This document shows, piece after piece, positions 1 to 11,200 of a stretch of DNA of 64,000 bases. The first letter of the stretch is position 1. Each line of letters opens with the position of its first letter. The notes beneath the pieces are model-generated. The model saw nothing but the letters and a program-made list of their open reading frames with translations. It searched no databases and had not been told where the DNA came from. Source of the DNA: Azolla caroliniana (taxonomy: Eukaryota > Plantae > Polypodiophyta); the NCBI GenBank assembly GCA_043228905.1, contig JBHGNT010000005.1, positions 930,001 through 994,000 on the forward strand. Reading direction: 5' to 3'. The translations under genes and the position numbers were made by a program.

Positions 1-23
1 CGGCACACCCATTCCACCTCGGA

Positions 24-584
24 CTACTCCTCGGTGAGACCATGCGTTCCATAATCATCTTGAAGCTCGAATAAGATGTCCATCCTCTCCTCTTGATGGA
101 TCGTCTTCAAAAATAGGAGGACCGATCTCTGATCTCGCTCCAAGAGTTGAGAGAAATGGTGCTTGAACTCTCGGAATGCATCCATCGCGCTCCGATGGCG
201 TTCCATCGACGCCACCCATTGGTCCAACTCATGCCGACCTTGCCCCTCTGGTTTCACATACCCGTACGCTTCCAATAGGGCTCCCTCCAAGGACACCCAT
301 GACTCGTGAGCTTCTCGTAGCTCCTTGACCTCCTTGTGCACCGATACGGCCGCCACTCGCGGAAAATACTCTGGCCTTGTCACTTTGTCCACGCCCTCCT
401 TCATCATCTCAGCATCGTATGCTTCTAAGAATCTCGGGACATTGTCCCCGTTGAACCGGCCGACTCGATCAACCACCCTTTCGACGGCTTGTTGAGCCGC
501 ATCTCGCTTTGCCATCTTCCGTCCGGCTTCCATCACGATCTTTGCCATCATCTCCTCGAAGTCGAAGTCTTCTTCCATCTCCAT
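24..584 (-). pseudogene. gag: Gag N-terminal region of Trp-A
   Basis: Lies just after the PBS; AVERVVDRVGRFNGDNVPRFLEAYDAEM aligns with LIDKTVDRTVKIAGRFCGKNITDFLAIYQNEM of the Trp-B gag at 20538+; ends at a stop after 186 aa. Confidence 0.7.
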
Positions 585-599
585 GCTCCCTTGCCGCCC

Positions 600-617
600 T
601 TCACGTCGGGTTCACCA
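600..617 (-). promoter_or_regulatory. Primer binding site, tRNA-Trp
   Basis: Minus strand TGGTGAACCCGACGTGAA, complementary to the plant tRNA-Trp 3' end (TTCACGTCGGGTTCACCA, recalled); 4 nt from the LTR end. Confidence 0.85.
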
Positions 618-851
618 AAGATGTCGCGTTGTTACGCGCGTGCGTGTAGAAGGGGCGGGACCACCGGGGTCTTGGACTAGAGAGTAGAGGAGAAAGAATA
701 AGACACAAAACGGAAGCTTAGCTCAAGAGGAGGTGAGAAAGAATAAGCCAATAACATAGAATAGACAGGGCAAGATGTGTTAGGAAACAGGTTCCTCCGG
801 ATGGGAAGTGAGAAGAACAGTGTTGATGAGAATCTCGGCCAAGGCCGAAAC

Positions 852-1060
852 TAGATGAAGAGTACCCGGCTACGGAGAACCCGGTGAAAACCGGATGAAG
901 AGTACCCGGCAAGCGCCGGATGAGGAGTACCCGGCTACGGCAGATCCGGTGCGAACCGGATGAGGAGTACCCAGCTACGGAGGACCCGGTGAGAACCGGA
1001 TGAGGAGTACCCGGCAAGAGCAGAATGATGAAGGCCCGGTGAGAAGTGCTCACCAGATGA
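852..1060 (+). repeat. Degenerate tandem array in the Copia A LTR U3 (core CCGGATGAGGAGTACCCGGC); second copy at about 4888-5095
   Basis: About five recurrences of GATGA(A/G)GAGTACCC in each LTR, upstream of the TATA box. Confidence 0.8.
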
Positions 1061-1339
1061 AGGGACATATTCGTAAATATGTTTTCTGAGAGTCCATCGG
1101 GGCTATATTTGTAAATACCCAAAAATTCATATTAGTATAAATATGACTTAGGGCAAACTTAGGGAGTTAGTTGTTGTCATTCTTGTTGGCGCAAGATTAG
1201 AGCGCGCAACTGTGTATAGAGAGAGTGAGAGAGAGGAAGAGGTCGTTGCCTCTTATTGTAACCACCGCCTGTGGCGAAGATAGCAAGCTCGAGGTCGTGG
1301 CCTCGGTGCTTTCTTATTGTACATTCTGATATAGAGATA

Positions 1340-2825
1340 TGTAGAAAGTAGCGTGCAGAAGAAGTATAAAGACAAAACAGAAGGGAGAACACTCAGGTTT
1401 AATGGAGAGCTTGAGCTTACACAGTATACACGGGAGAGACAGAGAGAATGAGAGAGAACTATATTCAACAATAATACTCGATCTGTACATAAGACGTTGT
1501 CGCGTCACTACACGCGTGCGTGGAGAAACGAGGCGGGACCACCGGGGTCTTGAACCGAGGAGCAGGTGATAGAAGGGGGAAAGAGAAAGAGAGAGACGCC
1601 CGGTCACGTATGAGCAAAGAAACACAGGGGCGCAGCCCGTCAACACAGAAGACGCGAATGGACACAGAGATAGGGAGACGCAAGTGTTTGTATATTAACG
1701 AATAACAAGTACACAGCAGAGCACGCGAGCGGTTACAACCGAACAGGCCGGCGAACAGATGTCGATGCCTGTTCGTTTGCGCACGAAAAGGGGATAGGAT
1801 GGAGGTGCTGCCGGAAGCACACGGGCGTTCCTCGAAGCAGCGCGAGCCTCCCGAAACCTGCAGAGAAGAGCAACAAAGAACAGACAAAGGAGAAGCGTTC
1901 GGTTCCGGTCCGATAACACTTCGTCCTCCTCAATGCGCGATCCCTTCCCCCTGCGTCTCCCTCTCCTTTATAGCGTCAAGAAGGGAGCCGTCTCCCTCAT
2001 TTACTTCCTACCTACCGAATCTAACTACCCGGATATGCCTTCGTACTTAATTCCCTATTATATACATTAAGGGCGCGCACACGTGAAGAGCCAGTTCACG
2101 CAAGCTATGCACCGATTGCGCCAAGGGACGGTTTTCTTCACGACAACGTGCTCAGTGAACACTTTTATACAAGTCCTAGAAGGACTGACCGAAGTACTGA
2201 CAGTACTTCAATGCTCATTGAGAGCTCCTACACTAACTCCCAAATATATACCTCACGGAATATCTTTCCTAACGGCCTCCCGATTTCCGCACTCATCCTA
2301 ACCGATCGATCCCAACCGATCCGGTCCTCGGCTTCTTCAGCCGATCTAGCCGATGTTGAGCTTGTCTCTCAACACTCCCCCTCAAGCTTAACTTGAGGCT
2401 CTTCGGGATCCTCGGGCTCACAGCTCTGGTTCCTTCTGGCTTCACGCCTCGCTCACGCTCCTCGACCTGTTCGACTCCGCGCGCTTCGACCCTTCCGGTC
2501 GGCTTATCAGCTCTTCTGCTATTGCGGTGTCGACACTTCTTTTGCTTCCTTTTCTTCTGCTTGGGCCTCGGTTGATTCAACGTGTCTGAATCAAACATCC
2601 GAACCAACTCGGCTACTTCCGATCGGTTTTCGCTCTCGTTCGAGTTGGCTGTCTCCAACTCGTCTTCAGTCTTCTCGCCCTCGATTGCGTCATCTCCCCC
2701 ATGCGTGGTTGGCTTCGGCTCCCTCCTTCGGCTGCTCCCCTTCTGTCCGCTTTCGGACTTTTCCGTGGGTCCGCCCTCGGCTTCTTCAGCCGATCCGAAA
2801 TCAAACTCGACAACCGAGTCCCCGA
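1340..2825 (-). mobile_element. Copia B remnant: 3' LTR (1340-2374, split by a solo LTR), PPT and short 3' internal region
   Basis: TG at 1340, CAACA at 2374, PPT CTCCCCCTCAAG at 2375-2386; LTR resembles the Copia C LTR (19954-20382); right boundary approximate, no right TSD. Confidence 0.7.
1498..2145 (-). mobile_element. Solo LTR of the Trp-PBS Gypsy family
   Basis: TGTCGCG...CTTCACGACA; 4-bp TSD ACGT at 1494-1497 and 2146-2149; family motif GGCGGGACCACCGGGGTCTTG at about 1532. Confidence 0.85.
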
Positions 2826-2828
2826 GTC

Positions 2829-3432
2829 AGCAATCCCAGCAAGCAGCACCGGAACGCGGTCAAATGGATACTCCGGTACTAGAAGGGCACTTTGAACATG
2901 TGTCTCCGATTCAGCTCCGGAAAACCTCAACTTCACGGTGTCGCGTTGTTATGCGCGTGCGTGTAGAAAGGCGGGACCACGGGGGTCTTGGACTAGGGAG
3001 TGACGGAGCGTAGGAAGTCACGCTTCACCTTTTCCCGGGCACCCCAGGAGCACACCGGAAGCAACCGAAGGGAGAGAGAGAGAGTGAGCAGGCATGCAAC
3101 ATTGACTCTCGCACAAACATGTACATAAGCAAGAAAGAAACACTAAGACACACACACGCACACCAACAGAGACCCGAATATGCACAACCAAATGTATATG
3201 TATTTACAAGACAACGAGATTCAACACCGACTTCTAGCCGGACCTAGGCCGCATGAGATACAACCGTTGACTACTGCCAAGCCGCCGGTCGGGGAGCTCT
3301 CGGGCTTGTCGCGCCGAGCGGGGTCTTGCACAGAGTACAGGGCAAAAAACTAGAACGCTAGATGCCAAGGCTCGACGCACAAAACGATGAGGAAGAAGAA
3401 GAAGAAGAAGAAGACGAAGAAGAAGAAACCCT

Positions 3433-3468
<36 letters not shown>

Positions 3469-4019
3469 GTCTTCCGACTCCATCCTCCCTTGTCGCCTTT
3501 CACGTCGGGTTCACCAAAGATGTCGCGTTGTTACGCGCGTGCGTGTAGAAAGGCAGGACCACGGGGGTCTTGGACTAGGGAGTGACGGAGCGTAGGAAGC
3601 CGTGCTTCACCTTTTCCGGGGCACCCCAGGAGCACACCAGAAGCAACCGAAGGGAGAGAGAGAGAGTGAGCAGGCATGCAAAATTGACTCTCGCACGAAC
3701 ATGTACATAAGCAAGAAAGAAACACTAAGACACACACACGCACACCAACAAAGACCCGAATATACACAACCAAATGTATATGTATTTACAAGACAACAAG
3801 ATTCAACACCGACTTCTAGCCGGACTTAGGCCGCATGAGATACAACTGTTGACTACTGCCAAGCCGCCGGTCGGGGAGCTCTCAGGCTTGTCGCGCCGAG
3901 CGGGGTCTTGCACAGAGTACAAGGCAGAAAACTGGAATGCTAGATGCCAAGGCTCGATGCACAGAAGGACGAGGAGGAAGAAGAAGAAGAAGCAGAAGAT
4001 GAAGAAGAAGAAACCCTAA

Positions 4020-4079
<60 letters not shown>

Positions 4080-4804
4080 TCTCTCCGTCTAACGGTATAC
4101 CCTACTAATACAAAATGGGCAACCCCTCTACAAGGGACCATCCCTTCCTTTTATAGAACAAGGAGAGGGATGTGTTACAATGTGGGATCAATCCCGATTT
4201 ACATGGGATTCTTCGTCCCAACTTAACTCCTATTATTCACACAATTACACGAGGGCGAGTGCACATGGTGCACCCAGCCGATGTAGCCAATATTTCCCGG
4301 TTTCCGCCTCTGGACGAAATTCTTCACGACAACGGTTTTACCGATTCGGATCTGTCGGCTAATGTGGATACTAGCCGGTCTACATCTGGGTATGTAATGA
4401 CATATGCAGGGGGAGCTGTTTCGTGGCAGTTGAGGCTACAAAAGACGGTTGCGTTGTCAACCACGGAGGCGGAGTACATGGTGGCTGTGGAAGCCGGCAA
4501 GGAAATATTATGGATGAAGGACTTCATCGGAGAGCTCGGTATCCAGCAAGATGAATACCGGCTCTATTGCGACAGTCAAAGTGCCATCCACCTTGCTAAG
4601 AATGCGGCCTACCATTCCCGGACGAAGCGTATCCAGCGAAGGTATCACTGGATCCGAGAAAGAATAGATGACCAGGAGTTCGTGCTGACGAAGATCCACA
4701 CGGCCGAGAACGGGTCAGATATGCTGACCAAAGTATTGATACCAGACAAACTGGATGCATGCCGGAAGCGGATCGGACTAGTAAGACACCCCATGCCGGA
4801 GTGA
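2829..4804 (+). pseudogene. pol: Copia A RT C-terminus and RNase H, split by the 2939-4331 insertion
   Basis: SNPSKQHRNAVKWILRY*KGT...PQLHG (2829-2938) resumes as GFTDSD...RSTSGY...VALSTTEAEY...YCDSQSAI after 4332. Confidence 0.9.
2939..4331 (-). mobile_element. Internally deleted Trp-family Gypsy: 5' LTR 3521-4331, PBS 3499-3516, partial 3' LTR 2939 to about 3461
   Basis: Two near-identical LTR segments start TGTCGCGTTG (2939, 3521); Trp PBS lies between them; TSD ACGG at 2935-2938 and 4332-4335 restores the host Copia frame. Confidence 0.88.
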
Positions 4805-5363
4805 AGGGGGAGTTTGTTAGGAAACAGGTCCCTCCGGATGGGAAGTGAGAAGAACAGTGCTGATGAGAATCTCGGCCAAGGCCGAAACCGGATGAAGAGT
4901 ACCCCGCTACGGAGGACCCAGTGAGAACCGAATGAGGAGTACCCGGCAAGCGCCGGATGAGGAGTACCCGGCTACAGAAGATCCGGTGCGAACCGGATGA
5001 GGAGTACCCGGCTACGGAGGACCCGGTGAGAACCGGATGAGGAGTACCCGGCAAGAGCCGGATGATGACGGCCCGGTGAGAAGTGCTCACCGGATAAAGG
5101 GACATCTTCGTAAATATGTTTTCTGAGAGTCCATCGGGGCTATATTTGTAAATACCCGAAAAGTCATATTAGTATAAATATGACTTAGGGAAAACTTATG
5201 GAGTTAGTTGATGTCATTCTTGTGGGCGCAAGATTAGAGCGCGCAACTGTGTACAAAGAGAGTGAGAGAGAGGAAGAGGTTGTTGCCTCTAATTGTAACC
5301 ACCGCCTGTGGCGAAGATAGCAAGCTCGAGGTCGTGGCCTCGGTGCTTTCTTATTGTACATTC

Positions 5364-5734
5364 TGTTGGCCGGTCAGAGAAGGCAAATGGGAAAGCAAGG
5401 TCGGATCGGATAAATATAGAAATAGGAATAGAATTATTAGGAGGGACGGATCTGGTAGTTGTAACCGATCCGGATCCGAACCGATTCGGTTTCGGTTAAC
5501 GGTTGCCTACCGAGCACCGATTGTAATCTGGCCGGATGCCTATAAAAGGATCCGATGTTTTGTAATGAAGGGGCGAAGAATTAATATAGTTTTGCTTATG
5601 CTGATTAATCTTGTCTTCGTCTGTGCTTAAGTGTAATTATCATACGCGTGTATTAACATCCTATCCCTACCACCCCTTTGGAGAAGTGTCGGATAGACAC
5701 CTGTGTTGAGGCTAGTCCAGCCATACATACAACA
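5364..5734 (+). repeat. 5' LTR of Gypsy H
   Basis: TGTTGGCC...ACAACA; TATA-like CCTATAAAAGG at about 5539. Confidence 0.95.
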
Positions 5735-5740
5735 CTATTT

Positions 5741-5750
5741 TGGCGACCAC
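5741..5750 (+). promoter_or_regulatory. Primer binding site, probably tRNA-Arg
   Basis: TGGCGACCAC, 6 nt after the LTR; matches the recalled 3' end of plant tRNA-Arg(UCG) over about 10 nt. Confidence 0.6.
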
Positions 5751-5786
5751 GATTCCTGCAGAGTGCAGAGGACAACCGGGGGATGG

Positions 5787-8243
5787 ATGTCTAGACAAAA
5801 TAACGACCACATCACCGAAAGAGGGAGACGCCACGCCGAACGGCAGCGACGACGGGAAGCCCTGCAGCAAGCCGTCGACGAGATCCGGCGCGATCGGTCA
5901 TTCTCAAAAACGCTTCGGCAAATCGCAGAAGACGCACTGCAGTTCCAGGTTCTACAAGCTTCCGACGAAGGCAGTAGCATAACCAGCCTCCAAGAAGCGG
6001 AGACACTACTACAGACTCTCGCTGGCGGCGACGGGGACGCAGCGGCATTTGCAACATTAGAGGCGGATTCGGATAGCGGGGAAAGCGTGGGATCCCGCTA
6101 TAAAAGCAGCCATGGGAACAACCCCTTTGAGTCGGATCACTCAGCAACATCGGAGCCAGAGGAGGAACTAACTCTGGAGTTCGGTGACCGGCAATCGCCG
6201 AGGAGGGAGGAGCGGATACCAACACCACCCGCGGAGGAACCGCAGGAGCGGTTATCAACACCACCCGCGGAGGAACCGCAGGAGCGGATACCAACACCAC
6301 CTGCGGAGGAACCGCAGGAGCGGAGACCGACATCGGAGGAACCAGCGCAGGAGAATCAGTGGGACGACACGATGCCGTATCCGTACCCAAAGTATCGGGA
6401 TGAGCCCGACGGAGAGGCACATGTGTATGCATTCCTGCGAACATGGGAAGCCAACCACGTGTCCCAGAGACTGACGGAGCCCGAGGCCGACCGATCCAAA
6501 GTCGCCGAATTCGGCATGACATTAGAAGGACCGGCGGCCCGGTGGCACGACAAGCACTTACCAGGCAGCTTCGCCACGTTCGAGGCATTGAAAACCCAGT
6601 TTTTACGCTTGTTTCATAGACGAGTGGAACAAAGGGAATTGGTCGGACAATTCTACACCACTCGGCAGGGAGAAAACGAGACGGTCCCACAATTTATCAT
6701 TCGTTTCCAGACCTTGCACAGTCAATTAGCAAGAGCACCACCCGAAGAGGAGGCCAAGGCAGTCTTTTTGGCTGCGTTAAAAGACCCACTTCGAGCGATG
6801 TGTGGAATCATCGATTTCAGCACCAGCACAATGGACCAAGTCATTGATCGGGTCCTGCAAATGGACAACACGAGCCCCTTCTTGCCGATGGGGGCGTTAC
6901 ACCAGGCGCTTCCGAAGGAGGAGGACCTCCGGTTCCGACAAGCCCTACAATGCACAACATGCCTAAATTCGGGGCACTCGACCGTTGACTGCACCCTGCG
7001 CGCACAGTGCATGATATGCAATTCTCGCGCCCACACAACGAACCAATGCGAGTATAACCTGTTAACTCGACAAGCGGCACCGGTCCGACACATAGAACCG
7101 CGCAATCGGGACCCGGAAGAGGATCGATTCCGGAGGGACGACCAATACCGACGAGAACGCGGCGACAGATACCCCGATAGAAGACGCGACAGCTATGACC
7201 GAGAGGAGAACCGAAGGGATAGCTACCCCCGGGACCGGTACGACCGAGAGGAGAACCGAAGGGATAGCTACCCCCGGGACCGGTACGACCGAGACGAATC
7301 CCCGGAATATGAGCGACGCAGAGAAGAAAGGCGGCCAGGGAACCGGAATTTCCGACGGAACCAAAGGCGTGGATTCTTCCGTAGAGAGGAGCGTCGGGAG
7401 GCAACAAGGAATGACAAACCAGTAGCGGCACCGGAGAACCAAAAAACCGAGGACAACCGCCGGGGAATGCCCCTCCCCCAAACATGGGAAAAAGGAGAAT
7501 CCAGCAACACGCACAGGGTGTACTGTTATTACTACCGAAAAGAAGGGCATTACAGTAATCAATGCCCAAGCAAAACAGCCGACAAGCAGCCAGCAGTCAA
7601 CATGGTGACAGCCGAAGTACAGCAGGTTACCACGCGGTCGAAAGGGAAGGCCGCCGAATGGGAAGCCCAGGAAGCAATCAGAAAACAAGCGGCACAATGG
7701 ATCAAAGAAGCCAACGAACAAGGTGCGGCGGAAGTAGGAAACCAAAATATGCCAAGGGAGGAGGAAATCGTACAGCCAGGAGAAAACCCGACATGGCAAG
7801 CACTACAAGATTGTCAGATCGTGCTGCCGTTGGCACGGTTACTACAGTTGGTGCCGCGGTTCACAGCAGACTTACAAGCTGCCGTGAGCAAACCGACGCC
7901 GACGCCAGCACCGGCATTTTTCTCCAACCCGGAGGAAGGCCCAGCGGTGGTTGATACCAGTAGCCCAGCAATCACGACAATCGTCAAAGGAAAGGAGATT
8001 CCAGGAACAATTATTGACGGAGGCTCCGGGGTGAACGTCATTAGTCGACAGACATGCGACGACCTAGGCATCCAGGAGTGGGAACCATGCCCCTTCTGGT
8101 TACGCATGGCGGATACAAGCTCAGTCCGACCAACTGGTCTTATCCGGGACTTGGAGGTAACAATAGGAGGCCACGTATTCCGAATATCGGCCGTGGTACT
8201 AGAGCTGAATGTACAAGGCGCATATCCCCTACTGTTAGGATGA
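5787..8243 (+). CDS. gag: Gag-protease of Gypsy H; ends at an in-frame TGA inside the protease LLG(R)PWL motif
   Basis: First ATG after the PBS is at 5787; capsid-like LEGPAARWH and RQGENETVPQFIIRF; knuckles CTTCLNSGHSTVDC and CMICNSRAHTTNQC; protease IIDGGSGVN. Confidence 0.9.
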   Translation: MSRQNNDHITERGRRHAERQRRREALQQAVDEIRRDRSFSKTLRQIAEDALQFQVLQASDEGSSITSLQEAETLLQTLAGGDGDAAAFATLEADSDSGESVGSRYKSSHGNNPFESDHSATSEPEEELTLEFGDRQSPRREERIPTPPAEEPQERLSTPPAEEPQERIPTPPAEEPQERRPTSEEPAQENQWDDTMPYPYPKYRDEPDGEAHVYAFLRTWEANHVSQRLTEPEADRSKVAEFGMTLEGPAARWHDKHLPGSFATFEALKTQFLRLFHRRVEQRELVGQFYTTRQGENETVPQFIIRFQTLHSQLARAPPEEEAKAVFLAALKDPLRAMCGIIDFSTSTMDQVIDRVLQMDNTSPFLPMGALHQALPKEEDLRFRQALQCTTCLNSGHSTVDCTLRAQCMICNSRAHTTNQCEYNLLTRQAAPVRHIEPRNRDPEEDRFRRDDQYRRERGDRYPDRRRDSYDREENRRDSYPRDRYDREENRRDSYPRDRYDRDESPEYERRREERRPGNRNFRRNQRRGFFRREERREATRNDKPVAAPENQKTEDNRRGMPLPQTWEKGESSNTHRVYCYYYRKEGHYSNQCPSKTADKQPAVNMVTAEVQQVTTRSKGKAAEWEAQEAIRKQAAQWIKEANEQGAAEVGNQNMPREEEIVQPGENPTWQALQDCQIVLPLARLLQLVPRFTADLQAAVSKPTPTPAPAFFSNPEEGPAVVDTSSPAITTIVKGKEIPGTIIDGGSGVNVISRQTCDDLGIQEWEPCPFWLRMADTSSVRPTGLIRDLEVTIGGHVFRISAVVLELNVQGAYPLLLG

Positions 8244-11200
8244 CCATGGCTGCGAACGGCGCATATCAAGCAAAACTGGCAAAAGAATATGATCACGTTC
8301 CGACGAGGGAAAACAAAGGTACGGGTAGCCACGCAACCACGGGTGCTCACTAGCAAGGAGGCAACCCCTTTATATGCCGAAAGCATCAACATGTTGGAGG
8401 GCTTACCGGATGAGGAAGTTGATCGGTACCTCGAGGAACACCCACAGATCGTCCCACTTTTTGAGGTGGATATCACGGCAGCAGTAGAGCCGTACATCAC
8501 AATGCCGGACGAACCGGACAAAGTGGCGATCCGGGAACTACGCCAAGCCCAGGAAGCCCTAGAAAGAGAAATGACGATATCCCAAAGGGTGAAAGCATCC
8601 CAGCTGGAAGAGGTGGACCTCGGCACAACAGAACAACCCCGACCTGTAAAAGTCGCGAAGGAATTGCCGAAGGAGGAAAAACAGGCAATGGTAGCACTGT
8701 TAACGGATTTCAAGGACGTGTTCGCATGGTCATACGAAGACATGCGAGGGTTGGACCCCCAGCTCTACCAGCACCAAATTCATCTAAGTACTGATGCGAA
8801 ACCCATCGCTCAACGTCGGTACCGGATGAATCCAAACTATGCGGCAAAGGTGAAGGAGGAAATTGACAAGCTTCTCCGGGTCGGATTTATCCGACCAGTC
8901 AAGCAGGCAACCTGGCTAAGCCCGATAGTGGTGGTCCCGAAAAAGAACGGCAAAATCCGGGTATGTGTGGACTACAGGAAACTAAATGCCGCGACAGTGA
9001 CCGACGCTTTTCCACTACCATTCACGGACGGAGTGCTAGATGCGGTGGCCGGCCACGAAGTTTACAGCTTCCTGGACGGATTCAGCGGCTACAACCAAAT
9101 CCGAATGAACCCGGCCGACCAAGAGAAAACAACGTTCGTGACGGAATGGGGAGTGTTCGTGGCGGTCGTGATGATGTTCGGATTAAAGACAGCCCCTGCA
9201 ACATTTCAAAGGATAATTATGGAAATCTTCGGTGATTTTATTCCCGGTTTTATGCAGGTCTTCCTAGATGATTTCGCCGTCTACAGCCGACACGGAGAGC
9301 ATCTCGATCACCTACGACTATGCCTAGAAAAGTGCCGCGAGTACCGATTAAGTCTGAACCCGGCTAAGTGCGTCTTTGGAGTCGCAAGCGGCAATTTGTT
9401 AGGCCACGTGGTGAGTCGAGAAGGAATCGCGGTAGATCCGGATAAGGTAAAAGCAATTCTCGACGCACCGGCACCGAATAGCGCAAAAGCTTTAAGCCGA
9501 TTCCTTGGTCAAATAAGGTGGCATAGTCGGATGATACGGCACCTTGCCGACTTTGCGACACCATTGCACGTTGCTGTACATAGAGTACCTTTCCAATGGA
9601 CAGAAACGGAGGAGGCAGCCTACCAAGCGTTGAAGGTCATGCTGTCACAAGCTCCGGTGGTGCAGCCGCCGGACTGGAGTAAAAGCTTTCACGTCTTCGT
9701 CGACGCGTCGGACGTAGCAATCGGCAGCGTTTTGATGCAACTCACGGAACCGAACTGGTATCGGCCGGTGTACTACGCAAGCAGGAAACTCTCGAAAGCC
9801 GAACGGAACTACTCTACAACGGAACGAGAGGCATTAGGAATGGTGTACAGTGTCACAAAGTACAGGCACTATCTGCTCGGACGAAAGTTCTCCTTCCACG
9901 TTGACCACTCGGCACTACTCTACCTGGTCTCAAAGGCAGCCCTGACAGGAAAACTCGCACGGTGGACGCTGCTATTACAGGAATTCGAATTCGACATTTT
10001 CCACCGACCCGGGGTGCAGCATGCGGTAGCAGACTACCTGAGCAGACTTGAATCCGGAGAATCAGGGGACGGCGTACAGGACGAATTTCCCGACGCCGAG
10101 CTGTTTAAGGTCACGACGGCACCGGCAACGGAGACCACAGTAGCGGACGAAGACAAATGGTTAACCGAAATGCATCAGTTCCTGAGCACCGGAGTTCCCC
10201 CGGAAAACCTGGACCGAGACGAACGGAAGAGGATGGCAGTACGGAGCAGACATTTCTGCTTGGTAGGAGACACCCTCTATCACAAGGGGGCAGATGGCGT
10301 ATGGAGGCGAGCAGTGCGGAGCGATGAAAAGGATCTGATCCTGAGGGAAGCCCACTGTGGAATTGCAGGCGGGCATTATGCCGGCGAAACAACAGCCCGG
10401 AAGATATGGCAGAGCGGACTATGGTGGCCGACTACCATGAGAGATGCCGTTAAGTATAGCAGGGAATGCGACCTGTGTCAACGACTGGGCCAACCCACGG
10501 AGCAGGCCCGGATGCCACATCACCCGGTCTTGCCATTAGAACCATTCCAAAAGTGGGGCTTGGACTTTGTCGGCCCCTTTAAGCCACCGGCAATGCGGAC
10601 CGGAAATCGTTATATAATAGTGGCTACCGACTACTGCACCAAATGGGTAGAAGCAAAGGCACTACGGGACAACACGGCGGCGTCCACGGCCAAATTTTTA
10701 TATGAATGCATATGGTGTCGGTACGGATGCCCGATTGAGCTGATCAGTGACCAGGGAGGACATTTCCTCGGGCAGGTGGTGGAAAGTTTGACATCATTCT
10801 ATGCGGTAGTACACAAACGAAGCACTCCCTACTACCCTCAAGCCAACGGATTAGCGGAATCAACAAACAAAACGCTACAGAACATCCTTAGAAAAATCGT
10901 CAATGAGAACCGGACCGACTGGGACACGAAGTTGCAGAGCGTGTTGTGGGCGTACCGAACGGCGTACAAGACCAGCATCCGGACGACACCGTTCCGACTG
11001 GCATTCGGCTTGGAAGCAGTCATGCCAGTAGAATTCCAAATTCCTAGCTTAAGAATACAGGTTAAGGAGCGGTTAAGCGAGAAGGAATCCGAACAAATCC
11101 GGCTGAAGATGCTGTTAGAACTGGAAGAAAATCGAATAGCCAGCCTGCTACAGCTAGAACTAGAGCAAAGGAGGAGGAAAGCCTTTGTAGACCGACATCG

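Noticed and set aside
600-617. tRNA-Trp gene (also 3499-3516 and 20489-20506)
   Set aside because: Only 18 nt including CCA, next to an LTR; these are primer binding sites
852-1060. CRISPR-like repeat/spacer array (also considered 16503-16591 and 37107-37426)
   Set aside because: No unique spacers and no cas genes; these are tandem repeats inside eukaryotic LTRs or leaders
4024-4076. (AG)n microsatellites (also about 3435, 41925, 51964, 56148 and 62461)
   Set aside because: Ordinary components of the LTRs they lie in, not independent features
4172-4331. Novel N-terminus on the 210-aa RNase H ORF
   Set aside because: Chimeric: the first ~53 codons are read through the inserted Trp-family LTR
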